DNA of 63,378 nucleotides, the filler included, from Octopus bimaculoides (lineage: Eukaryota): assembly GCF_001194135.2 (NCBI RefSeq). It is 4 parts of 4 records of this genome, joined end to end, with 100 filler letters (N's around TTAATTAATTAA, not from the genome) between each part and the next. Parts side by side here need not be neighbours in the genome. Positions count along the whole stretch, not along the records: positions 45,350 to 62,124 come from NC_068991.1; positions 62,225 to 63,378 come from NW_026297248.1; 2 more parts are not named here. One strand, given 5' to 3'. The position numbers were made by a program, and so were the translations under genes. The stretch's first letter is position 1. Each line of letters begins with the position of its first letter. Below the pieces are notes generated by a model. It saw nothing but the letters and a program-made list of their open reading frames with translations, did no database searches and was not told the origin of the DNA. This document shows positions 52,600-63,378 of this stretch, piece by piece.

Positions 52600-53990
52600 A
52601 CAAATGCCATTTTCTGGGGCTTGTTTTCGTTTTAGGTAGAGACCGTGTATGTCACTGTTTATGTGGAAATTATGTGTGCTTGCAAGTATATTCCGTATTT
52701 TCATATCAATGGCTCGGATCTCATCAAGCGTCCCATCAGGCAGCCCAAATGTTGATATGGGTACTGTCACTGCGCACACATTGTAGGTCACTGTTTTATT
52801 GAATGCAGAGAGTTCTGAGGTCCAAAGTTTTTTATTCGGCTGTAATATTCTTTAGTGTAATATTCTTTTGTTACAGGTGCCATTGTAAGATATATTTTTA
52901 TCCATCCCGAGATACCTGTAGCATTCCTCGTCAGATACAAGGGAAACAATCAAATCATTGATGGAGATGTTACTAGTCTAGTTTATAGTTTTCCTCTTTT
53001 TCACAACAATGTAACATTTATCCTGACCAAACTCCAACCCTACATTCTTTCAGAATGTTGTAACTAGGTCAAGGCTCTTTTTCATCTCATGCATATTCTT
53101 TGCATAAAGTTTCAAGTCATCCACAAAGAAACAGTGTGTAATTTTGGTATTTCTTGTTTCCTTGTGAACCAGTGCGATATCCTTCAGACTTCCTTAACAT
53201 TAATTACAAGGGGTTTACAGGAAGTATAAACAGCATCACAGAGAGGCTGTCCCCTTTGAATATGCCTTTCAGATACTCTATTCTATCGGTGATAATACAG
53301 TCACTCTTTGTATTTAATTTCAAGATGGTGGTCCAAGATGAAGTCAGGTCAGCTATGGCTTTGACTGTTCTCACTGGAACTTTAGCAAGTTGAAGGGCTT
53401 CAAGCATCCATGAGTGGGGAACAGAGTCAAAGACTTTCTTGTAGTCTATCCACATTGAAACTAGGTTCCTCCTATGCCCTCGTACTTTGACATCACAGTT
53501 TTGTTAATTAAAGATTGCTCGGCACATCCCCAGATTCCCTTCTTTCCAGCTGCTTGTTCTGCTGTGATGCTGTTATTGGTTTCACAATGGTCCTGGAGGA
53601 AGAGATTCAAGCATACTGTATATATCTTATACATTAAGTTCTGGCATGCAGTTGGTCGGTAGCTTTCTGCCATGTGGGTGGTTCTGCATTTAGGGATCAA
53701 CTTTGTCTCTGCCAGAGCCAACCAGTGTAGTATGCTACTGTTCCCAATGAGAGCTTGCTGGTACAGATTGAGAAGATATGGTTGGTAGAATGTTAGCTTC
53801 TTGTACCAATATCCAACAATCAAGTCTCTTCCAGGTGCTTTTCCATCCTGGAGTTTCTGGATCACAGATGCAAGACTTCCACCATCAATGCTGTATGTCT
53901 TGAATGTAACGCTGGAGCAATAACCTTTTCGGATTTCTTTCAGCCACAGAGCATCTTAGTTAAATTCCTTCTCTTCACTACAGATTCCCC
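52600..53990 (-). mobile_element. R4/Dong-clade LINE reverse transcriptase, degraded
   Basis: KAPGRD, YRPTAC.NLMYK, EQAAGKKG..GC.EQ.LIN, WIDYKKVFDSVPHSW, KGIFKGDSLS, HCFFVDDLKLYAK (53116-53127) and GLEFGQDKC. Several frameshifts and stops. Confidence 0.92.
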
Positions 53991-54052
53991 TCCAGAAGCA
54001 GTCTATGTATGTATGTAATATATATATATTTATATGTATGTATGAATTTCAG

Positions 54053-54231
54053 GGGTCCATGGAATCCATCAGAGTACTTTCTTTGATAAAAGCTCTGTAC
54101 TACTACAAGCGTTGGTCACTTTTCAAGCTGCTTCGTCAGGTACTTTGACATTAAGTGTTACACTGGGCAGTCAGACTCCCATTGACACCACATTCCCATT
54201 AACAGCAACTTCAAATGCAAGCGTCAATTAT
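54053..54231 (+). CDS. Repeat protein exon d
   Basis: gaatttcag| ... |gtaagt, phase 1 to 0. (G)VHGIHQSTFFDKSSVLLQALVTFQAASSGTLTLSVTLGSQTPIDTTFPLTATSNASVNY. Confidence 0.82.
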
Positions 54232-55235
54232 GTAAGTTTTTTATCTTCTTTTTACAGTCGACGAAAAAATCTCGTTTTAATTAATTTTATAATTATTTTA
54301 AGTATTTTTGTAAAAACTGATAGTGGATTTTAAGGCCTCCATAGCTCAGCATTGACTGACAGAGGTCCATGTATCTCCACATCAGCAATGGTTCCACGGT
54401 ATCTTTTACATACCACCCTAAGCTGATTTCTTCTGCTTCGATACAATCTTGGCAACTGATCAAACCTCTCCCACCCTTTCTTCCAGGAAACTACAGCCTA
54501 ACGGTGTCACTCTTAGCGGGGAAGTCTCCGTGCGCTGTCAACATTTCATCTGAGACAGAATCTATCAATTACGCTATTTCTGTGGAGGCTTCCAGAGTAT
54601 GTTACGATCTGGCAATGGAACGGATTAACTTTATGGTTCAGTGAAATATTCCAAATGCTGGCATCTGCGCTGGTACGTTAAATGAGTGATGGGATGCTAT
54701 ATTTAAAAGGAAAAATCCAGTAGCAATATTTCTTAAAATCTTATATCACTTGATTAGTCTGTCGTTGTTGTCGAGACACTGTATTATTCTTTCTCTACAA
54801 AGCCTATTCATTTGAAGTATTCACTATTAGAAATGATGAGGTAGAGCGAGGCGATTGGTATGAGTGGCTTCCGCGTAAAAAGTGATTTCTTCCAAATTCA
54901 AGCATAAACATTTACTTTGGTCGCATTCCATCCCTGTGCAAGTTGAAAACTTTATTATTACTGGATCTGTTAGGTTGCGAGCTGGCAGCATTGTTAGCAC
55001 GCCGGGCAAAGTGCTTAGCGGCATTTCGTCCGTCTTTACGTTCTGAGTTCAAATGCTGCCGAGGTCGACTTTGCCTTTCATCCTTTCGGGGTCGGTAAAT
55101 TAAGTACCAGTGAGACACTGGGATCGTTGTAATCATAATTCCCCTCCCCTCAAATTTTAGGTTTTGTGCCTTTAGTAGAAAAGATTATTACTGTATCTTT
55201 GTGTATGAATTCGGATTTCTTTATTTATTGAACAG

Positions 55236-55489
55236 ACTAACGTAGTGAAAAATGTAGTGAACTTTGTGGCACCCATTGCAAACAGAACCAGTACAAATGT
55301 GAACAAAGGGGAAGCGAAAAGAGTGGTCATACAGTTTTATGTCACCCCAGAAACATTCCAAAGCATGAAATTCCAAACGAGAGTCAACAACATTGGAATG
55401 GTTGAAATTTGTGACTACAATATAATTCATTCTGGTACCAACATACCGTGTTTGGACAAGAAACTAATTACAGGAAAAAATATTTCAAA
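55236..55489 (+). CDS. Repeat protein exon e (repeat 3, first half)
   Basis: tttattgaacag| ... |gtaagt, phase 0 to 2. TNVVKNVVNFVAPIANRTSTNVNKGEAKRVVIQFYVTPETFQSMKFQTRVNNIGMVEICDYNIIHSGTNIPCLDKKLITGKNIS(K). Confidence 0.88.
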
Positions 55490-55829
55490 GTAAGTCTTTT
55501 TTCTTATCACAAGGATGACGTGCGCACGCACACATCCATTTCAAATTGAGGCTCCAGGTAAGAGATCGAGTTTAGTTTTTCAAGAAATAAAAAAATTATT
55601 ATTATATTCGTGTGCGTGGTGTGTATGAATGTATAACACCATCATCATCATCATCATCGTTTTTATATCTATTTTGCCATGCTTGCAAGCGTCAGATAGA
55701 ATTCACTGAAGCAGATTTCCTAAGGCCAGAATATACTTCCTGTTGCCAACCCTCGCCTGTTCCTGAATAAGATAATGTTTCTCTATGGGCAGACATGCTT
55801 TCTCAAAAGATTGGAAACGAAGGAAACTG

Positions 55830-55887
<58 letters not shown>

Positions 55888-56012
55888 CACACTAAATTAC
55901 CTGCTGCTGTATACCTTTTACCAAGGAATATACCCACTGAAGTAATTACCAGAAGTGCCTTTGGATATATCTGTCCCTTAGAGGCTTTAAAAACATCTAA
56001 CTTATACCTATA

Positions 56013-56094
<82 letters not shown>

Positions 56095-57206
56095 GGTAAT
56101 GCTAGCGCCAAGCAGTGTTTAGGCATAAGAAAAGTTTAGGTGTGTTCAAATATGTTTGTGGCGTATTTCAAGTGCTAAACGGCAAATTCACTGCAGTGAC
56201 AGTGGAGAAAAATTCCCAGACGTCGCTGTTTCTAGTTCTTCAGCCGTCCTGAGAATCCTGATAGGGGGCGACGCTGGACAAGTTTGATCCTATTAAATGG
56301 CACAGTAAGTTTGTATCTCCTGGCAAAGCCTCGAATGGCTCAAAGCGTTTTGAGTATTAGTATTTTAGCATTTGAGTGGAAGCTCGATAAAGGGATTATT
56401 TCTGCTTTTCGGTCCTTAACGTAGTTCTTCGTTCGGTTTATAATAACCCCGTGGAGTCCACTCTGATGCAATCACACAGATCACAGACCAAGGACCAGGT
56501 CTTAGAATAACTTCCTCCTTTCCTGCCAATTATTGTAAAGGTTCTAAAAAGATTCTAGGCGCTGCTCCTCTTCCTATCACAAATCCTTACAAAAAAAAAA
56601 GAAACAAAAAACAAAAAACGTAGAATGAGTGACAACATTCAATTAAAATTTATAGCCTAACAAGGCAGTAAGTAAATTGCAACGGAGGCCACCGATCTGC
56701 TTGCATATCCTGTCATGAACCAGCACCATATTTCCAACACCATCTTTGTTTCTGTCCACTCGTTATTTCAGCCCCTTGCGTGGTTATCTTCCTCTCTCAA
56801 TTTAATGAGGAATCGCTGTCTGCCCGTCGCTGCATTCACCAGAGGTTTGACATGTTGCCGTTATTTATTTACCGCAGATCAGTTTTGCATCAGTAGATAT
56901 ATAAATGAAAGTCATTTCGTTTATGTCTGCCCACTCCTGCGTTTTTTCTTCTTCTTCTTTTTAGACATAGTGTATCAATAACAAAACAGCGTCGAAATTT
57001 TTTGTCTGCTGTTTCTTGAAAGCTTTCTCAATCGCATAAAGGCACTCTTCACTAGAAGATACCGCTATGTAGTCGTGCTTTCTCGTATTATAAACAGACT
57101 TTTGCATTCTCCGACTTTGTCCTTGATTGGAGTCTCCAAAGAACCTTCCATATTGAAAACAACTTCCATACCGTTTTTTTCTTTCCTTTCTGTTTCAAAA
57201 TTTCAG

Positions 57207-57276
57207 GGAAGAATGGATGATTGAAGCGAATATTTGTTCGTGGCCAATCGATGAGGAAGATCCGGAAAGTAACAAG
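57207..57276 (+). CDS. Repeat protein exon f (short)
   Basis: Strong polypyrimidine acceptor ...aaatttcag|, donor aag|gtgtgt, 70 nt, phase 2 to 0. EEWMIEANICSWPIDEEDPESNK parallels the LQNIC...PYDNT segment of exon b and bridges the phases of exons e and g. Confidence 0.68.
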
Positions 57277-57374
57277 GTGTGTTCAAAGTAATTCTAAATA
57301 GACAGCATTTAATATTACTGTAATTACAAATTTGTATTATTCTAGGTTTACAACAAAATCGATTGACAACATTG

Positions 57375-57592
57375 CATTATGGAACTGAGTCTTGAACTCT
57401 ACCAAAAGTACATCAATCAGCTTGATGCTTTTCATATGCGATGCTTGCATACTACCTCCAACATAAACCGAGTGACCATATTCATAACATTGAGGTACCA
57501 GCAAAATGCATTCAACCCATCCTCATCAGAATACAGCTTGGATGGTCAGGTTATCTCTCACCTATGAATGATATCAGAATCCATCAAATATA
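57375..57592 (+). mobile_element. RTE (BovB-like) LINE post-RT fragment
   Basis: YG.ESW.LYQKYINQLDAFHMRCLH.I..I...DHI.NIEV..KC..IQPILIRIQLGWSGYLSPMND.RI matches the RTE C-terminal E-T/S-W...LxxFHxRCLRxI...W-x-GH pattern. Confidence 0.75.
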
Positions 57593-58789
57593 TATATATA
57601 TATATANNNNNNNNNNNNNNNNNNNNNNNNNNNNNNNNNNNNNNNNNNNNNNNNNNNNNNNNNNNNNNNNNNNNNNNNNNNNNNNNNNNNNNNNNNNNNN
57701 NNNNNNNNNNNNNNNNNNNNNNNNNNNNNNNNNNNNNNNNNNNNNNNNNNNNNNNNNNNNNNNNNNNNNNNNNNNNNNNNNNNNNNNNNNNNNNNNNNNN
57801 NNNNNNNNNNNNNNNNNNNNNNNNNNNNNNNNNNNNNNNNNNNNNNNNNNNNNNNNNNNNNNNNNNNNNNNNNNNNNNNNNNNNNNNNNNNNNNNNNNNN
57901 NNNNNNNNNNNNNNNNNNNNNNNNNNNNNNNNNNNNNNNNNNNNNNNNNNNNNNNNNNNNNNNNNNNNNNNNNNNNNNNNNNNNNNNNNNNNNNNNNNNN
58001 NNNNNNNNNNNNNNNNNNNNNNNNNNNNNNNNNNNNNNNNNNNNNNNNNNNNNNNNNNNNNNNNNNNNNNNNNNNNNNNNNNNNNNGGGCATCCAGCTGT
58101 AGAAACTCTGCCAAATCAGACTGGAGCCTGGCGTTGCCATCCGGTTTCACCAGTCCTCAGTCAAATCGTCCAACCCATGCTAGCATGGAAAGCGGACGTT
58201 AAACGACGATGATAAACTGCTTTTAACATTTTCTTATTATCAAAGAATGTATAACTGTATTTTAATAAGCAATGTTAAATCTCTGAACGAGGTGTTAACA
58301 GTAACTGCACGATAAAGTGAAGTATATTTGCCATTTAAATGTGGCTGACCCCTAAGGGTGGATGTTACTGTTGCTTTTAGCCCCAGGAGAACATCTCCTC
58401 CAGCTGGCTTATCGACACATATCTGTGTCCTGTCTATTTTTGCCAAGGGAAGTTATCCTTCCCATCTTGATCTGCGATACGTACGGACCCGAGTTTCAGG
58501 GTTATTTCCCTTCTTCAGCGTACGATAATCGCCGACCTTTGATGAGAATGACAATCCCTTGGCAATATATAAGTCTTTTAATACTTTTGCGATAAATAGT
58601 ACTTAACACAACAAAGCTCATNNNNNNNNNNNNNNNNNNNNNNNNNNNNNNNNNNNNNNNNNNNNNNNNNNNNNNNNNNNNNNNNNNNNNNNNNNNNNNN
58701 NNNNNNNNNNNNNNNNNNNNNNNNNNNNNNNNNNNNNNNNNNNNNNNNNNNNNNNNNNNNNNNNNNNNNNTATATGTATATATATGTAT

Positions 58790-58980
58790 ATTTGACCGTT
58801 GACTGAACACTATTCAATTTTTTTTCTCCGTGTTTTTCTCCTTGTCTCCGTATTCTTTCTGTTGAAGAGCGTAGCTCGAAACGTCAAAGACTTTCCGTAT
58901 TCCCGAGCGTCATACTAATATATACTTTTGTTATTTACACCACCTGTCCTCGTCTGTTGTTATTATTTGTATATTCTCCC
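58790..58980 (+). mobile_element. Penelope-like 3' terminal fragment (similar ends at about 19770-19850 and 23330-23550)
   Basis: ctgttgaagagcgtagctcgaaacgtc; compare cctgaagaagggg...cccccgaaatggcc and ctctgatgaagggatatg...ggaaacagctg. These resemble the ctgaaga/ctgatga...cgaaac motif of PLE termini. Confidence 0.45.
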
Positions 58981-59064
58981 ATATATATATATATATATGT
59001 ATGTGTGTGATACATATATGATATATGTGTGTTTATATGTCTGTGTATTCTCTATTTTCCAAAG

Positions 59065-59226
59065 GTTCAAGTAGAAGCTATCGTCAAAGTACCCAAGAAT
59101 AGCGCCATCTCATTAAACGACGTGATTAATGTTACTACTGATATTTACATCAACGATTCTCTGGTGGAGACGACACAATTGGCGCTAACTGTCGTCGATG
59201 CATTTACAGAAGACTTCCTGGATTGG
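59065..59226 (+). CDS. Repeat protein exon g
   Basis: tattttccaaag| ... |gttcgt, phase 0 to 0. VQVEAIVKVPKNSAISLNDVINVTTDIYINDSLVETTQLALTVVDAFTEDFLDW. Confidence 0.78.
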
Positions 59227-60354
59227 GTTCGTAAAGTTCCATTATATGTGACAAATCGTTGCGTGGTTTTCACTTTATTGTCAATGTGTGTGTCATGGCA
59301 AGACATATTTTATACTGAGCTCTATGATTTGGCTTTTTCTTCTATATCCGAATTCTGAATTTGAACGTAGAAGATATCTGTCCATCCATGTCAGATATCT
59401 ATCTATCCATGTTATATATATATATATATATNNNNNNNNNNNNNNNNNNNNNNNNNNNNNNNNNNNNNNNNNNNNNNNNNNNNNNNNNNNNNNNNNNNNN
59501 NNNNNNNNNNNNNNNNNNNNNNNNNNNNNNNNNNNNNNNNNNNNNNNNNNNNNNNNNNNNNNNNNNNNNNNNNNNNNNNNNNNNNNNNNNNNNNNNNNNN
59601 NNNNNNNNNNNNNNNNNNNNNNNNNNNNNNNNNNNNNNNNNNNNNNNNNNNNNNNNNNNNNNNNNNNNNNNNNNNNNNNNNNNNNNNNNNNNNNNNNNNN
59701 NNNNNNNNNNNNNNNNNNNNNNNNNNNNNNNNNNNNNNNNNNNNNNNNNNNNNNNNNNNNNNNNNNNNNNNNNNNNNNNNNNNNNNNNNNNNNNNNNNNN
59801 NNNNNNNNNNNNNNNNNNNNNNNNNNNNNNNNNNNNNNNNNNNNNNNNNNNNNNNNNNNNNNNNNNNNNNNNNNNNNNNNNNNNNNNNNNNNNNNNNNNN
59901 NNNNNNNNNNNNNNNNNNNNNNNNNNNNNNNNNNNNNNNNNNNNNNNNNNNNNNNNNNNNNNNNNNNNNNNNNNNNNNNNNNNNNNNNNNNNNNNNNNNN
60001 NNNNNNNNNNNNNNNNNNNNNNNNNNNNNNNNNNNNNNNNNNNNNNNNNNNNNNNNNNNNNNNNNNNNNNNNNNNNNNNNNNNNNNNNNNNNNNNNNNNN
60101 NNNNNNNNNNNNNNNNNNNNNNNNNNNNNNNNNNNNNNNNNNNNNNNNNNNNNNNNNNNNNNNNNNNNNNNNNNNNNNNNNNNNNNNNNNNNNNNNNNNN
60201 NNNNNNNNNNNNNNNNNNNNNNNNNNNNNNNNNNNNNNNNNNNNNNNNNNNNNNNNNNNNNNNNNNNNNNNNNNNNNNNNNNNNNNNNNNNNNNNNNNNN
60301 NNNNNNNNNNNNNNNNNNNNNNNNNNNNNNNNNNNNNNNNNNNNNNNNNNNNNN

Positions 60355-60434
<80 letters not shown>

Positions 60435-60679
60435 ATCTTTCTGCGTTGAAAAAGGAGAGATAGAAAGAGATAGATAGATAGAGAGGGAGAGAGGGACAGC
60501 GAGTGCGTATTCTTTTATTTTTTTTCTTGTTTCAACTATAGGGCTATGGCCATGCTGGAGAACCGTCTTGAAGAGTTTATCTCTTTTGGGGACCACATCT
60601 CCCCCAATTACTTGTGTGTATGGTGAATTCTTTAATTTTTGTGCGATGTCTAACAGTTCAATTTTGTTTTACATTGTAG

Positions 60680-60986
60680 ATGACAAATGACAACACAACA
60701 AATCTTATAAGTGCTGCTGGAACACCAGTTACGAGCGCTGAAATTGGAGAAGTCTTTGATTTGAATATAAACTTATCCATTCCAGTTAATTCATCAAGCC
60801 TTGTTAAATTCAATGTTTCTGTACCAGTGACCGAAACTGCCCATTTGACCATACGAGATATTAAATACAACGGCTCAGACCAAGATATTGCTTGCATTGA
60901 CGGTGCTGAAGTTAATTTTGCCTCAACCAAAAATACCAGTCAAATTGATAAGGGCGAAATGGATTTTGGTATTGTCACTAATACAG
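60680..60986 (+). CDS. Repeat protein exon h (repeat 4, first half)
   Basis: ttttacattgtag| ... |gtagga, phase 0 to 1. MTNDNTTNLISAAGTPVTSAEIGEVFDLNINLSIPVNSSSLVKFNVSVPVTETAHLTIRDIKYNGSDQDIACIDGAEVNFASTKNTSQIDKGEMDFGIVTNT(G). The ATG directly follows a splice acceptor, so it is internal. Confidence 0.88.
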
Positions 60987-61104
60987 GTAGGAGGCTGTGT
61001 GGCAGATATTATTTTAATAACAAAGTTTCCTAAAACTACTACTGCTACTAATAATAATAATAATAACACATTTCATTATCCGGTTCTCGTTTTTATCTTC
61101 TTAG

Positions 61105-61348
61105 GTGTAACCCGCAGAATATTGCAACAAAAGGAACTATATTTCAGTACAATTCATGTTATTTTAACATTACAAATGGCAGATGCCAAGGAAAATACAG
61201 ATCAATCAGACAAGAGCATTATGATGGAACTTCGAGTTGGTAGTTTTATCGGTACTCTAGATCATATTGTGAAAGTCAATAGAAATGCTAATAATGCCCC
61301 GAAACTGTACTTTGAGGCCGGCTTTAACGATACGGGAAGACCTTTGTT
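61105..61348 (+). CDS. Repeat protein exon i
   Basis: ttttatcttcttag|, phase 1 start. (G)VTRRILQQKELYFSTIHVILTLQMADAKENTDQSDKSIMMELRVGSFIGTLDHIVKVNRNANNAPKLYFEAGFNDTGRPL. Donor taken at |gtacgt; an alternative |gtaagt lies near 61400. Confidence 0.8.
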
Positions 61349-61499
61349 GTACGTACAATATTTTGAATCTTTTTATAATTTTCATTTGCTGATCAAGTTT
61401 GTAAGTGTATGTGACAGTAAATGTATTTTGTCGATGGTATTTAAGGTCAAAATCGGCTCTGAGTGAGCAATCCTATTATAAAACTCTGTAGGACGTACT

Positions 61500-61720
61500 C
61501 CTTTGAGAATACCATATGCACCAATGATAACTGCATGGCATTTAGGATTATCCCTACCATTAACTGTAGAACTCGAAATGTAGTTTACAGCATAAGATGC
61601 ATAGAAGCCGCTTGTAAAAACATAGGGGAGACATCTAGGAGCATTGCGGAACGACTAAATAAACATTTGAGACAATATGACGACAAAAAAAAGTCTTTCG
61701 ACAAATACGGGAGTGCATCC
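61500..61720 (+). mobile_element. Penelope-like element GIY-YIG endonuclease remnant
   Basis: INCRTRNVVYSIRCIEAACKNIGETSRSIAERLNKHLR matches the N-V-I/V-Y...C..C...YIGET.R....R...H GIY-YIG motif of PLEs. Confidence 0.78.
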
Positions 61721-62124
61721 TCATAAATGAAACTTCCCCAATACTAAATAGGAAATATACTTAGTAGATATAATAACCCCATACCCACAGTTTACACAGG
61801 TAGAGTAGAATAGTTAGTGGGCTGTTATGTAGAAGGAGGTATGTATGTATGTGTGGGTGTATGTATGTATGTATGTATGTAAGTGTGGGTGTATGTATGT
61901 TTGTGTGGTGTATGTATGTGTGGGTGTATGTATGTATGTGTGGGTGTATATATGTATATATGTAAGTGTGGGTGTATGTATGCATGTGTGGATGTATGCA
62001 TGTATGTAAGCGGGTAAGACAAAATGAGAAATATACAGAATAAAGAATTGTGTACCGGTTTCGGCATTAACGTCTTACTTACGTAACAACATCCGTGTTC
62101 TCTTCAGCACAATCGTTCTAGAAT

Positions 62125-62224
62125 NNNNNNNNNNNNNNNNNNNNNNNNNNNNNNNNNNNNNNNNNNNNTTAATTAATTAANNNNNNNNNNNNNNNNNNNN
62201 NNNNNNNNNNNNNNNNNNNNNNNN
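62125..62224. other. Synthetic assembly spacer (44 N + TTAATTAATTAA + 44 N)
   Basis: Same structure as the other two. Confidence 0.93.
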
Positions 62225-63378
62225 AGAAACTGTCTAGCAGAGTGTTTCTCGGTGAGGTGGATGAAGAGTAAGGTGGGGGAGCAGTAGTAAGAAGCGAGTA
62301 GAGGGAGAAAAAACAAGAGTGAGATGGAAATGAAGGGAGAGGATGGGGAGGTCAGGCGTGTTTGAAAGGCAAGGAAGAGATAATTTAGAACATATGTCAC
62401 TTTAGTTGGACATCAATTATTAGACTCTTAATTGTTAAAGAAGGTAAATGGTTCAGCAAATTGACAGATATCTCAAACACGCTACTTATGCTTGCGGCAA
62501 ACACTATATAGAGCAATTTATTGATACGTGGATGTGTATGTGTATATATTTGTATATATGTACATATGTAGGTATGCATGTATATATGCATATCTGTGTG
62601 TGTGCGCGTGTGTGTGGATGAAGAGTAAGGTGAATGAGGGAGAGAGAAGAGTGTAAGGGTGATATAAATATATATAAGCAATAGATTTGTGTTTCTTTCT
62701 GCTATGAGTATTCCAATTGTTCGCTCAACTAAACTATCTAGTTATTGAATTAGCTTGTAAGAGGAAAGAGGCTCCACAGTTACGTGTACTGTTAACGTAA
62801 TCCTCAGGCCAAATCAACGAAATTAATATTTCGCAAACGAAATATTAATTTGGCACTATTTTCATAGTGGATGGTCCACTCTGTTATTAAAGCAAAATCA
62901 ATGAACTCTTCACAAACTTGTTTCATACTCATGTCGCTCCTGAATAGTACAAATCCGTTGATTAATCAGGGTGAAACTTGAACGCAAGTCTGTTGCATAA
63001 CGGAAATGTAAAAATAAATTCATTCCCATTGTCCGTTCTGTCAATCCAAACAGAACATATGATAAAATGATATACTGCTTAGCCTTATTCAATACAGTGT
63101 TCTAGAGCTTTTGTGGAGATTTGAAAGTTAATGGTATGCTAATATCATGAAAGACGGATTTGCAAAGTGTTGTTTTATAACCCTGTGGGACAGTTATATT
63201 TCCACGGGGTTCTATATTAAACGGAAACGGTCATTTTGTCAACATACGTCTTAGACTTGGGGCAGTGTCAAGTCCTACTTTGTTGATCCCGAGAAAACAT
63301 GTTTACTATCTCTCTACATTTAAATTCGTGCAATCAAATATGTTGCTAAAGTAAAGAACAGACATCTCCGTATCATTA

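Noticed and set aside
60680-61033. ORF starting with ATG treated as a standalone gene
   Set aside because: The ATG directly follows a splice acceptor and the frame leaves at a donor at 60986. It is an internal exon.
62225-63378. Continuation exons of the repeat-protein gene
   Set aside because: This lies beyond an assembly spacer. Candidate acceptors near 62750, 63055, 63105 and 63265 give short frames without the repeat motifs.

Overview
AT-rich, microsatellite- and SINE-dense animal genomic DNA. The SINE types suggest an octopod cephalopod (inference). Three identical 100-bp spacers (44 N + TTAATTAATTAA + 44 N at 19153, 45250 and 62125) show the window is four joined assembly pieces. Two partial spliced genes are supported by GT-AG boundaries and matching reading-frame phases. 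(1) Six minus-strand exons (44705 down to 26743) encode an ADAMTS7/12-like metalloprotease: the zinc-binding HELGHNLGMKHD motif, the Met-turn, the disintegrin-like domain and the first TSP1 repeat. (2) Nine plus-strand exons (47750-61348, about 666 codons) encode a protein I cannot assign to a named family. It is probably extracellular and is built of tandem ~150-160-aa beta-rich repeats carrying C-x7-G-x-N-I-x-C and DFG-x2-TN-x-G motifs. The two genes point away from each other, both lack their 5' ends, and a spacer lies between them. The rest is intronic or intergenic: Tx1/L1-, R4-, RTE-, CR1- and Penelope-type retroelement remnants, Tc1/mariner remnants, Helitron-type 3' ends, two MITEs, several SINE families, a ~70-bp minisatellite and many simple repeats. 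SINE copies at about 21-43 kb have lost most CpGs, which suggests a germline-methylated gene-body domain. Most ORFs in the supplied track are translations of microsatellites or N-gaps. All alignments and translations were done by eye.
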